Source: a virus
Taxonomy: Duplodnaviria > Caudoviricetes
Length of the DNA: 64,000 bases
Direction: 5' to 3' (one strand)
Virus record (IMG/VR): IMGVR_UViG_3300044656_000027
Span: 1-64,000 of that record
The notes beneath the pieces were generated by a model. The model made no database searches. It saw nothing but the letters and a program-made list of their open reading frames with translations, and was not told where the DNA came from. A program made the translations under genes and the position numbers. Positions 26,453 through 34,885 of this stretch are shown here, one piece after another. The stretch's first letter is position 1, and the number at the start of each line of letters is the position of its first letter.

Positions 26453-26505
26453 GACAAACTCTCTGCTAGATTACTTTTATAAAAGTATAGCAGAGAGTTT
26501 GTCAT
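26451..26505. repeat. Inverted repeat covering the HNH translation start
   Basis: 18-bp perfect arms ATGACAAACTCTCTGCTA/TAGCAGAGAGTTTGTCAT plus inner TACTTTT/AAAAGTA. Confidence 0.9.
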
Positions 26506-26513
26506 TTATGGGA

Positions 26514-27506
26514 CTATCTATATCTAAGGATAGATTTCGCTTCTAGGATAGCCCTCTGTATTTCGTTATCACTTACTCCATCAGTGCCAAGATCCTTGGC
26601 GTCTGGAATGTGATCGTAATTAGCAAAGCGAATTCTACGACCACTCTTTAGGAACTTCTGCCTAAGCTCCAATGACTTCTTTATTCCAGCTTCGTCATTG
26701 TCAAGAGCAAAGATGACTACCTCAGCGTAGTCGAATAGAAGTTCCAACTGTCTATCCGAGACCTGTACACCGAAGCTGGAAACGGCTCCGTCAAGTCCGG
26801 CAGTGTACAACCGTAGACAGTCAAGAGGACTCTCTACCAGAATCAGGGTTGTACCTCTGAGACAGTGCAGTCCGAAGAGTGTATCACCCTTCTGAACTTG
26901 GCTGGGCTTGTTGGATACCCAGCCTTTCCCCTTCTCTTGATAGCCCAAGAACTTACCAGATTCATCTCTGATTGGCAAGATCCAACGGCTATTCTCTGTG
27001 TCCCAAAGGACACCGTAATGGCTTACACTTCCCGAAGAAAGCCCTCGCTGTTGAAGCTCTTCGTCCGGCGGATCAGTGAAGAGCGCCAGTCTAGCTTCGT
27101 TCCACGCTCGTAGCCCCTGTTCTGGCTGCTCACGGTCAGCGGAAACTCCCAAAGCTCTACGAAGTCGTTGAACTCCACCGCGACGACGGACCCATGACTC
27201 TGCGTCTGAACGGTCATAACCAAGAACCTCCTGCACTAGAGTACCGAATGAACCACGGAAACCACAACTGAAACAGGAATGTTGACCTGTCTCAAGATTT
27301 ACAGACCACTTATTCGGGTGCTGATTGGGCTTACCCAATCTTTTGAGATGGCCTGGACAGTACGCCCAAGCCTCTCCATGAACTACTCTGACTACTTGTA
27401 TGTTGAGTTCCAACAAACAAGATAGTACATCACCAGGGGCGGCTTGTCCACCCCCGTTACCCCAACCCTTAGTAATACTGGTCGAAGTCGTCCGTCTCGT
27501 CGCCAT
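26514..27506 (-). CDS. DNA primase (Zn-binding + TOPRIM)
   Basis: CPGH...CFSCG; LVESPLD; ALDNDEAG; KD; start estimated at MATRR. Confidence 0.9.
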   Translation of the reverse strand: MATRRTTSTSITKGWGNGGGQAAPGDVLSCLLELNIQVVRVVHGEAWAYCPGHLKRLGKPNQHPNKWSVNLETGQHSCFSCGFRGSFGTLVQEVLGYDRSDAESWVRRRGGVQRLRRALGVSADREQPEQGLRAWNEARLALFTDPPDEELQQRGLSSGSVSHYGVLWDTENSRWILPIRDESGKFLGYQEKGKGWVSNKPSQVQKGDTLFGLHCLRGTTLILVESPLDCLRLYTAGLDGAVSSFGVQVSDRQLELLFDYAEVVIFALDNDEAGIKKSLELRQKFLKSGRRIRFANYDHIPDAKDLGTDGVSDNEIQRAILEAKSILRYR

Positions 27507-28734
27507 CGTCATCCTCTTCGTCGTTCCAACCCTCAAGTTCCTGGAAGTCTCCAGTGTCATAATCGAACTTGATCATAACATCACAGGGAGCATAAGACCT
27601 ACCCATGATGATCTTGAGGCGACGAACACAGACATCCTCAGTGCGCTCAATACCAATCACGCAGTACGAATACTGTACGAAGGCACGAGAGCCCATGATG
27701 GAGTCAGTGTTCAGCGTCTCCCCCTTGGTACGCGCGGGAGTTGACTGAGTGACAGCAAGGACAACCTTGTTGCGGGACATAGCTAGATTATGCAGTCCCT
27801 TGACGATGTGTGTCAAGGCTTGCGGACTCTGCGGAGGCTCACCATACTCGTCATCCAGCAGGTATGCACCATCAATGACAACGAGATCTGGCTCCTCCTG
27901 CTCCACCTTGGCATTGAGTGCCGAGATGGTCTTACAGTCCTGAGAGATGATCATCTTGGGCAGAGAAGCAGTCTTCTCAATTCCAAGCTTGAGCTTCTTC
28001 TCATCCTCAGCGTCAAACTTACCACTGAGCAGCTTGTTATCGTTGAAGCCAGCACGATAGGCATCAAGCCTACGCTCCTGCTCCTCTACGGACATCTCAT
28101 ATGTGCAATAGAGAACCTTCTTACCATCCTCCTGCGCAGCCATAGCGAACAGCATAGCAGCCGTTGACTTGGATGCCTTGGCAAGACCTGTAAGAGTGAT
28201 GAGCTGACCACCCTGAAAGCCCAGAGTAGCCCTGTCAAGCGTCGGAAACCCTGTCGGGATACCAATCATCTTCCCAGGGTTTGCACGGCGCTCTAGGTAC
28301 CGCTCAAGCCTCTCATGACCGTTCTCTGTAACGTCCACATCCCTGCTTGTGACAACAGACGTGTGAACCTTAGTCAGAGTCATACCAAGGAAGTTTACAG
28401 CAGTTTCAATATCATTCTTCTCAATGGCTTCCCCGACCTTATCGAGATTTTCATTGAGAACACCAGTGAGATACTGACTAGTCAGTCGCTTTACCAGTGA
28501 GGAGAAAGTTTCATTGACATTCTTAAGGATCGGAACCTTTGGATAGTCAACCTTGAACTCACGTGCTGTTGGCGTAGCACCATGCTCATTGTAGTGAGCA
28601 CGAATCCCTTCAAATGCTTCTCGACAATCCTCATTAGCGAAGAAGAATGGCTGAATATCACCGACTTCCTTAATGCTTCCAGTCTCGATAATCTTTGAGA
28701 TTACCAGCTTTTCGACGTTGAACGTCGTATCCAA
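27469..28734 (-). CDS. dnaB: DnaB-like replicative helicase
   Basis: GIPTGFPTLD, GLAKASKS, YEMS, VVIDG; acidic tail. Confidence 0.92.
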   Translation of the reverse strand: MDTTFNVEKLVISKIIETGSIKEVGDIQPFFFANEDCREAFEGIRAHYNEHGATPTAREFKVDYPKVPILKNVNETFSSLVKRLTSQYLTGVLNENLDKVGEAIEKNDIETAVNFLGMTLTKVHTSVVTSRDVDVTENGHERLERYLERRANPGKMIGIPTGFPTLDRATLGFQGGQLITLTGLAKASKSTAAMLFAMAAQEDGKKVLYCTYEMSVEEQERRLDAYRAGFNDNKLLSGKFDAEDEKKLKLGIEKTASLPKMIISQDCKTISALNAKVEQEEPDLVVIDGAYLLDDEYGEPPQSPQALTHIVKGLHNLAMSRNKVVLAVTQSTPARTKGETLNTDSIMGSRAFVQYSYCVIGIERTEDVCVRRLKIIMGRSYAPCDVMIKFDYDTGDFQELEGWNDEEDDDGDETDDFDQYY

Positions 28735-28746
28735 TCAATGCCTCCC

Positions 28747-29199
28747 TTAGACGATCAGTTTAAGCAAGTTAAGCTGAGATGCATCGCAGTAGCGACCCTT
28801 GCTACCCCACGTTAGCACGCGGCTAGGCTCTGGATCAAGCACTGCCAAGATGGAGGGATCATACGTCAGATCCCCTAGTAGTTCTTGCTTGTCGTAGTAG
28901 TGTACTCCACCGAAGAGCAGGTTCCTGCTATCCAAACGATCACGCATAGGGATAACAAAAGCGGGATCTATAAATGTAATCACGTCAACATTAAAGTTGC
29001 GATTAAAATATAGATCCCGCATTCCCTGTGAAGTTTGAATATTGAGCTGATAATAGCCTGCTGCCTGATCCCACTTCTTACGCTTAATAGCTATATCGTG
29101 GGCTAACTTTGTCTTTCTATCAGGCAGCAGACCTACCAAGTTCTCAAATACAATGTACGCTCTAGGGAGTCTCACATTAGAGAGCTCACCGTTGCGCAC
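28747..29199 (-). CDS. Hypothetical protein, possibly a degenerate HAD fold
   Basis: 150 aa directly upstream of dnaB. Confidence 0.6.
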   Translation of the reverse strand: MRNGELSNVRLPRAYIVFENLVGLLPDRKTKLAHDIAIKRKKWDQAAGYYQLNIQTSQGMRDLYFNRNFNVDVITFIDPAFVIPMRDRLDSRNLLFGGVHYYDKQELLGDLTYDPSILAVLDPEPSRVLTWGSKGRYCDASQLNLLKLIV

Positions 29200-29353
29200 T
29201 TGGGGTACCTGCCAGGAACTCTGCGAATCTGGCTACCTCACGATCTATTACATCGGGATCTGTGTAACCAAATACGCTGTTCTCAAAGATGGATTCTATT
29301 TCAGCTTCCATCTCTGGATACCAATCTTCGGCATCAAATTCTGCCGTTCCCAT
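29186..29353 (-). CDS. 55-aa acidic hypothetical protein (not in ORF track)
   Basis: MGTAEFDAEDWYPEMEAEIES...; GGAG RBS; fills the gap. Confidence 0.55.
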   Translation of the reverse strand: MGTAEFDAEDWYPEMEAEIESIFENSVFGYTDPDVIDREVARFAEFLAGTPSAQR

Positions 29354-29356
29354 GTT

Positions 29357-29743
29357 CTACTCCAGACAACATCCATCACAGCCGTGAACACCCATGTGCT
29401 CTTGGCCTACCGACTCGAAATAGCGAAGACTGTCCGGGTCGGGATGTCCGACTCCGTGAGAACAGTGACGCTCTATCAGTGTACTAGCTCTCATGATCTG
29501 AGGCAAGTCCCTCATGTGATGGTTGGAGGGCGCGTGAATAGCACAGCCGTCGCGACACTCAGGCTTCCACCTGTGGACCCAGAAGACCACTCCTGCATCA
29601 TCTGTCCATTGGTCGTGTGTGGCAGCATCAGGCTTCCGCCTAGGAGCCTTGTTGGCCATACTGGCGGAAGCTTCTGCTTCCATCTGCTGGTTGTTATCCA
29701 TAAGCTCCTGAAACAACTGAGCCTTTAACTTACGCGCCATCAA
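29357..29743 (-). CDS. His/Cys-rich hypothetical protein
   Basis: CAIHAPSNHHM, ERHCSHGVGHPDPD and HGCDGCC. Confidence 0.7.
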   Translation of the reverse strand: MMARKLKAQLFQELMDNNQQMEAEASASMANKAPRRKPDAATHDQWTDDAGVVFWVHRWKPECRDGCAIHAPSNHHMRDLPQIMRASTLIERHCSHGVGHPDPDSLRYFESVGQEHMGVHGCDGCCLE

Positions 29744-29945
29744 GTCTCCTTAGATCAGCCGCAATGGCCTCATCATCTTCCTGGCAGTAATACCAATTGA
29801 AATTGATATCAACAATGTACGTGTCATTGCCACAGAAGAAACATGAGCCCGCCCTTTCCACAATAAATGCGGAAGAGTTGACCCATGTTACTCCATCAAC
29901 TGTCTGAGGGTACTCAGAAGTCGCCATCAGCCACCTGCAAGACAT
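29730..29945 (-). CDS. Small Cys-containing protein
   Basis: CFFCG...YC. Confidence 0.5.
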   Translation of the reverse strand: MSCRWLMATSEYPQTVDGVTWVNSSAFIVERAGSCFFCGNDTYIVDINFNWYYCQEDDEAIAADLRRLDGA

Positions 29946-30801
29946 TCAGACCAAGCTTACGCATACGCCGTACAACACGGTCACGGTCGTCAAACCAGGC
30001 GTGAACCCAGTAATTATCACGAACGTGCTCATCAAAGAGATCCTGCTTCACGTCTGCGTCATTACGCTTGTCGTCCTTATCACGCATAAACAGCGCAGTG
30101 TACTTTACACTATGATCCTTAAGCCACTTCTCAGTCTCAGTACGACATGAATCAGGACGACCAGACATGATGATGATTTCGTAACCCTCATCCCAGTACA
30201 GCTGATTCAGATTAGCGATGTGCTGAATCAAAGCATCCGTGTGGACACGGCTGTAATCGTACGGAGAGCGGGCAACATGCTCAGCAAGAGTGCCATCGAT
30301 ATCGAAGACAACACATGCATCTGAACCAGCCTTAGGCTTGTACACAGGGGACAGCTTTACATCGTTCAGCCAATCCTCCGTGATAGAAACCTTCTGCAAG
30401 CGTGCGTGCATACGCCGAATAACATCAGCACCAACGTGGGCAGAACCCACACGCTGCTGATCCCTCTCAAGACAATGCCCCAGAGGCACATCAGTGAAGT
30501 CCTTAATCTTGAAAAGAACATCTCCATCAAAGAGCTTCTTGATGCGCGTCGGCATCTTCTTCTCAATGTGCGTGTTATCAACGATTACATCTCGTCCCGA
30601 CTTGACAGCACTGAGAATCGCTTGGTCCTGAACGCGAAGAGCAAGCTCCTCAGCGTAGACGGAGTAAGGGAGTCCAAGCATGGATCGAATGTCATCCATG
30701 TTGACACGAACAATCTTACCGTTTCCATTTACCACCTGCTCCTTAGCCCAAGTGCTCTTACCCGACGCTGGCAAGCCTCGCGTGAAGGTAATGGTCTGCA
30801 T
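29914..30801 (-). CDS. pseT: Polynucleotide 5'-kinase / 3'-phosphatase (T4 PseT-like)
   Basis: P-loop GLPASGKST, VDNT; HAD motifs FDIDGTLA, SGR and FDDR. Confidence 0.93.
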   Translation of the reverse strand: MQTITFTRGLPASGKSTWAKEQVVNGNGKIVRVNMDDIRSMLGLPYSVYAEELALRVQDQAILSAVKSGRDVIVDNTHIEKKMPTRIKKLFDGDVLFKIKDFTDVPLGHCLERDQQRVGSAHVGADVIRRMHARLQKVSITEDWLNDVKLSPVYKPKAGSDACVVFDIDGTLAEHVARSPYDYSRVHTDALIQHIANLNQLYWDEGYEIIIMSGRPDSCRTETEKWLKDHSVKYTALFMRDKDDKRNDADVKQDLFDEHVRDNYWVHAWFDDRDRVVRRMRKLGLNVLQVADGDF

Positions 30802-30979
30802 TTCTAGTCCTCCTAGGTTGTGACGTGAGATGATATCCCTTGCAATTAGGGCAACGATATGCTCTAACTTCTGTCCTGCGATCTCCCTTAACGTGTTGCT
30901 TATGCGCTACACGATCAATGTCTGCTAGAGCAATCTTAGCGCCCAGCTCATCTCTATACCGTCGCTTTCGACACCTCAC
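30758..30979 (-). CDS. Small basic zinc-finger protein
   Basis: C.KRRY.....A and RAYRCPNCKGYHLTS. Confidence 0.75.
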   Translation of the reverse strand: MRCRKRRYRDELGAKIALADIDRVAHKQHVKGDRRTEVRAYRCPNCKGYHLTSQPRRTRNADHYLHARLASVG

Positions 30980-30987
30980 AGTCCTCC

Positions 30988-31046
30988 TTAAGATAGAGCC
31001 AATCGAACGGAGAGACTTGCTCTCCGCTCTGTTGGTCCTACCTTAA
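30988..31046 (-). promoter_or_regulatory. Long irregular intergenic hairpin abutting an RBS
   Basis: TTAAGGTAG-GA-CCAA-CA-GAGCGGAGAG-CAAGT-CTCTCCGTTC-GA-TTGG-CT-CTATCTTAA then GGAGG. Confidence 0.7.
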
Positions 31047-31047
31047 C

Positions 31048-31320
31048 TCACATACCCAGTGCAGTCAAGACATCGCCCTTGGCATCCTCGTAGCCCTCTT
31101 CAAAGCCTGCCTCACGGCCAGCATCATAGCCGTAGTCATATCCCTCATCCTTGCCATCGCTGTATCCATCGCTGTATGCCTCATTAGCAGCGTCAGAAGC
31201 AAACTCCTCAAGAGCCTCATTCAGCTCCTCAACAAGCATCTTCAAATCAAACGGATGCAGGTCGTTGATCGGAAAGAACTTCCCGAACGCCGCAAGGATC
31301 GAGTCCTGGATGTCATGCAT
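31048..31320 (-). CDS. Acidic protein with GxxxG repeats
   Basis: MHDIQD start; GYSDGKDEGYDYGYDAGREAGFEEGYED. Confidence 0.65.
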   Translation of the reverse strand: MHDIQDSILAAFGKFFPINDLHPFDLKMLVEELNEALEEFASDAANEAYSDGYSDGKDEGYDYGYDAGREAGFEEGYEDAKGDVLTALGM

Positions 31321-31528
31321 TTCGCTTCTCCTCTTCGATAAGGGCATACACTGTCGCACGGATATCCGAGAATGCTTCATAAGCATCCTCCATCTCATAC
31401 CATGCCGCCTCCAACTCGGAGGAGACATCGTACTCATGAATCTTAACACCATAGTCTAGGGCGGAGTCAATACCACCCTCCCAATCGATCTTGGCGTCAA
31501 GGTCATAAATGTCTTGCTTGTCACTCAT
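31313..31528 (-). CDS. Small acidic hypothetical protein
   Basis: KIDWEGG....LDYG. Confidence 0.6.
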   Translation of the reverse strand: MSDKQDIYDLDAKIDWEGGIDSALDYGVKIHEYDVSSELEAAWYEMEDAYEAFSDIRATVYALIEEEKRNA

Positions 31529-31530
31529 AG

Positions 31531-32202
31531 TTAATCCTTAAGAAGTCGTGTGTCATCACCCAGAATCGGGTGAAGGTTGAATGCATCATGACGGAAAGAA
31601 TCGAAAGACTCTCCGTAAATTCTGCCGAACGACTTCTCGTCTACATTAGTAGTGACCTCTGTCGGGCGGGCAGACTCATAACGGATACGCAGAAGCTCAT
31701 GGAACTCCTTCTCCGTAAAGCCTGTCGCAGTTCGGTGCTCCTGTCCCATGTCATCAAGGACAAGGAAGTGTGCAAGCTCTACGTGACGCAGAAGCTCTCG
31801 TGCCTGAACTGTTCGCTCGGTAACCTCATTGGCAAACGAGTCAGTCATAGCACGCTTCCAATCCGCCATGCGGATATAGAGTACATCAGCCTGAGGATAC
31901 TTGTAAATGATTTCCGTCAGAGTGATGGAAGCAAGCGTCGTCTTACGCGTACCGTTCGGTCCATAGAGTAGCATACCCTTGCCGATATCGCTACGGTCCT
32001 CTGGGAACCTTCCTGCCTTTGCCCGCTTCGCTGACACGTAGTGGTTAGTAAAGTTCTCTACGAAATTGCGCGCATTCGCGAGAGCCATCCTCCCAGTAGG
32101 GTGCGGATGACTGTAGTCATCGAAACGCATTCCCCTGAACTTGATAGGGATTCGTGCACGGTCCCACTTGTTGACATAGAAATCATGGGGCATCTGATCC
32201 AT
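31531..32202 (-). CDS. DnaC/IstB-like AAA+ helicase loader
   Basis: ARIP..FR...FDDY, GMLLYGPNGTRKT, LVLDDMGQE and VTTN. Confidence 0.88.
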   Translation of the reverse strand: MDQMPHDFYVNKWDRARIPIKFRGMRFDDYSHPHPTGRMALANARNFVENFTNHYVSAKRAKAGRFPEDRSDIGKGMLLYGPNGTRKTTLASITLTEIIYKYPQADVLYIRMADWKRAMTDSFANEVTERTVQARELLRHVELAHFLVLDDMGQEHRTATGFTEKEFHELLRIRYESARPTEVTTNVDEKSFGRIYGESFDSFRHDAFNLHPILGDDTRLLKD

Positions 32203-32572
32203 ACTTCTCCATCCACTCCTTTTCAAGTGCTGCCCACTTGTCCTGTGGGGTAACTTCGTTGAGCTTAGCATGGATCTGTTCCAAGCGATAGAGGAAGTCC
32301 TGCCAACCAGGATTCTTCCCGCGCAGCTCGGGATCGTCCATATACAGATCAATACAACTCTTGATCGTGTCAGAGTCTACCTTACCCTTCCAGCGATTGA
32401 ACTGTGCTGCAAGAGCTGTAAGGTTTACCATACCGAACCCAGACCATATGGCTCTATCCAACTTCATCTTGAAGTATTTTGCAAGAGCCATTCCACTAAA
32501 CGAAACTACGGGGATCTCCTCTTCTGGAGACCCCCATAGTTCCTTGTATAAATCACTCACCAGGATTACCAC
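32183..32572 (-). CDS. Hypothetical protein, possible loader/initiator partner
   Basis: Directly upstream of and overlapping the dnaC-like gene. Confidence 0.6.
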   Translation of the reverse strand: MVILVSDLYKELWGSPEEEIPVVSFSGMALAKYFKMKLDRAIWSGFGMVNLTALAAQFNRWKGKVDSDTIKSCIDLYMDDPELRGKNPGWQDFLYRLEQIHAKLNEVTPQDKWAALEKEWMEKYGSDAP

Positions 32573-32657
32573 CTAGTACGATAAACACTCCAGCAAGCAA
32601 ACACGCTGCGATGATACACATCGCGAATGGGAACAGAAGTCCCATGACTATCATCAT
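32553..32657 (-). CDS. 34-aa single-pass membrane micropeptide (not in ORF track)
   Basis: MMIVMGLLFPFAMCIIAACLLAGVFIVLGGNPGE; TAATG coupling. Confidence 0.5.
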   Translation of the reverse strand: MMIVMGLLFPFAMCIIAACLLAGVFIVLGGNPGE

Positions 32658-32902
32658 TACTTGTCCTTACTATGAACGGGTCGCGCACGGCAAGTCAGAC
32701 CAGTGGCAAGGCCATCCTCATAGAGGACAAAGAAGCCCTTGAGAATAGTCTCCCAAGTGAGAACACCATCAACAGCAAAGGCATCCATATAGTCTGACAT
32801 ACCGCATTCCTTGGCATAAGGAACTGTATCATACAGCTCGTTACCGGGAAATCCTTCCCAAGTCTCGTGCCGAATCTCCCAGACGAAATCTTCCTTAGCC
32901 AT
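32657..32902 (-). CDS. Hypothetical protein
   Basis: MAKEDF start. Confidence 0.55.
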   Translation of the reverse strand: MAKEDFVWEIRHETWEGFPGNELYDTVPYAKECGMSDYMDAFAVDGVLTWETILKGFFVLYEDGLATGLTCRARPVHSKDK

Positions 32903-33284
32903 TCTGCTTAGCCCTCTCAATCATGCGCTCAAGGTAGTGCTTGGCCTTCTCAAGATCCTCAACACCATTCTTGTCTGGTGCTCGCAGGATGTACTTTATG
33001 GCGTTACCCGCATAAAAGTCAAGCCCATACTCATCAATGATGTCCCAAGGCATGATCTTGTGCTTGGTGTAATGGTCTCCACCAACCTGCTTCTTATCCT
33101 GAGTTTCTGGCATACCAATTATCCATCCGTAGTCTTCGAAGTCTGAATGAGTAATCCAAGATGTTGAATAGGACTTACCCTTTATGCGCATCCAAATGGA
33201 CTGAACACTAGTTTCATAAACTTCGTAAAACTTATCAGGATCAGTAGGATGCCAAATGATATCTCCCACCTTTGGCTCAGCCAT
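32895..33284 (-). CDS. DUF3310-domain protein with N-terminal extension
   Basis: QVGGDHY...PWDII......FY.GNAIKY..R...KNG.EDL.KA.HY. Confidence 0.85.
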   Translation of the reverse strand: MAEPKVGDIIWHPTDPDKFYEVYETSVQSIWMRIKGKSYSTSWITHSDFEDYGWIIGMPETQDKKQVGGDHYTKHKIMPWDIIDEYGLDFYAGNAIKYILRAPDKNGVEDLEKAKHYLERMIERAKQNG

Positions 33285-34488
33285 TACGAATGTCCTCCAC
33301 AAGTGCGGCGTAAGTACGAATAGTCCGAGAGAACGCGTCACCCATAGCAGCGATGTCCTCTCCAAGCTGCATAACCAGCTCGTTACGAGTAGACTCTACA
33401 GCCTTCGGAGCGTTCTTGGCAACATCCGCCCAGATATCCTCAGACGAAACCACAGACAGGTTCTCGGGCATACCCTTGGCAGCACCCAGAGACTTCGGCA
33501 TCGGTCGCTCAAGAGCCACAGTGGCCTTAAGCTTAGTCTCAACCAGCTTGATCTCTTCGTCTACCTCAGCCTGAGTCATGACACCCATGTCAACAACAGT
33601 CTTACGCTGCTCAGGAGACAGACGATCCACGGTGGAGTGCTTGATTAGTTCAGCAGCACTCCAGAAATCCCTCTCGTCCATACCACAGTGCTCGCAGAAC
33701 GAACCATCCTTCCCATTCTCGTCGTCAAACCACACAAACTTGTGCTTGTGTGCAGGGTCCTTCGCAACTGCGTCAGAGATAAGCTTGTCGAGCCCTGCAA
33801 GGGGCTTCTCAGGCTCCTTCACAGGCTCAGCGGGCTTCTTTGCCACAGTCTTCTTTGCAGCCGTCTTACGGGGCGCTGCGGCCTTCTTAGCAGGCTTGGC
33901 AGCAGCCTTCTCCTCCGCTTCCTTCTTAGCGAATTCAGCCTCAAGCTTCTCACGCTTGATTCGGTCGTCAGTGGACTCGTAGTTGGGGAACGTGTCACCC
34001 ATGACCTCAGAGTTCAGAGTCTTGAGCCACGTGTAATTCTTTGCCTCGCACAGGATCTCAAGATCAGACATGGAGCTGTCACCCTGAGTGTAGATGGAAT
34101 CTTCGTTGTAGTGCATGAGGAAGACAGTCTCGTGACCATCCTTCTCCAGCTCAAGCAGTCGAGAGAAAGCCTTCTCCAGAGTCTCACGCTCGTTGTCAGA
34201 GACCTCAATGTCCGGAAGACCAGAGAGTTCCTTGGTCATAGGCTTGCCCTTGGTCTGAAAGACCTGAACATCCGCATCAACATCAATAGCCCAGTCCACC
34301 ATGAAGCGCATACCCGGAGAGGGCTTGTCCATGATCGGGAAGATGATGGTAACCTCTCGACTCTCCACCGAATTGGCAGCGTCAACAGGACCGAAGACCC
34401 AATCGTCCAGCTCTGCACGCAGGTTGCGCTTGTCCACAGGACCAGTACCCGTGACCATAATGGCGACAGGCTTAGTAAAGTCTCGCAT
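33277..34488 (-). CDS. Multidomain protein with histone-like AKK repeats and H/C Zn motif
   Basis: AKPAKKAAAPRKTAAKKTVAKKP; HKHKF...CEHCG. Confidence 0.7.
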   Translation of the reverse strand: MRDFTKPVAIMVTGTGPVDKRNLRAELDDWVFGPVDAANSVESREVTIIFPIMDKPSPGMRFMVDWAIDVDADVQVFQTKGKPMTKELSGLPDIEVSDNERETLEKAFSRLLELEKDGHETVFLMHYNEDSIYTQGDSSMSDLEILCEAKNYTWLKTLNSEVMGDTFPNYESTDDRIKREKLEAEFAKKEAEEKAAAKPAKKAAAPRKTAAKKTVAKKPAEPVKEPEKPLAGLDKLISDAVAKDPAHKHKFVWFDDENGKDGSFCEHCGMDERDFWSAAELIKHSTVDRLSPEQRKTVVDMGVMTQAEVDEEIKLVETKLKATVALERPMPKSLGAAKGMPENLSVVSSEDIWADVAKNAPKAVESTRNELVMQLGEDIAAMGDAFSRTIRTYAALVEDIRNG

Positions 34489-34506
34489 GTAAATTCCCTT
34501 CGTTCG

Positions 34507-34773
34507 TTATGGCAACGGAGGTACCTTAGATTGGTACTTCGGTTGCTTCTGCCTCTTCGTTCGTTTCGGTGTCACCGTGGCGACGAGAAGAACTATGACA
34601 CAGGGAGCCAGTGTTGTCAACACAATCACTGGACAGAACCAGAGACCTAGCGACATCAGTGGGATCGCGAAGAAGTGTATCACCCAGTCTGGTAGTTCTG
34701 GGAACGATGTGTTAATGTAAGCCCACAGGTATGCGAGAGCCATGCCAACGAGTATCACGTGTATTAGAATCAT
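34507..34773 (-). CDS. Small membrane protein, probably leaderless
   Basis: Hydrophobic helices and basic tail; TGG-TAGCAT -10 box 6 nt before the ATG. Confidence 0.65.
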   Translation of the reverse strand: MILIHVILVGMALAYLWAYINTSFPELPDWVIHFFAIPLMSLGLWFCPVIVLTTLAPCVIVLLVATVTPKRTKRQKQPKYQSKVPPLP

Positions 34774-34791
34774 GAGGGGATGCTACCACAC

Positions 34792-34820
34792 TTGACAGCC
34801 GTTGGGTACCCTGCTACCCT
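34792..34820 (+). promoter_or_regulatory. Counter-oriented sigma70-type promoter
   Basis: TTGACA-17 nt-TACCCT with an extended TG. Confidence 0.6.
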
Positions 34821-34846
34821 AATCTTTAATATATGTATATAAAGAA

Positions 34847-34879
34847 AAAGAGAGATATAGAAATTCTATATCTCTCTTT
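34847..34879. terminator. Perfect 16-bp AT-rich inverted repeat ending the structural operon
   Basis: AAAGAGAGATATAGAA-A-TTCTATATCTCTCTTT. Confidence 0.7.
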
Positions 34880-34885
34880 AACTAT

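Noticed and set aside
13376-28734. Inteins or introns in recA, nrdJ, polA or dnaB
   Set aside because: Lengths are normal, motifs are contiguous and no splice signatures were seen.
33688-34650. Long plus-strand ORFs (also 17612-18316, 12344-12994, 53072-53662)
   Set aside because: Antisense shadows of well-supported minus-strand genes, with no motifs or RBS.
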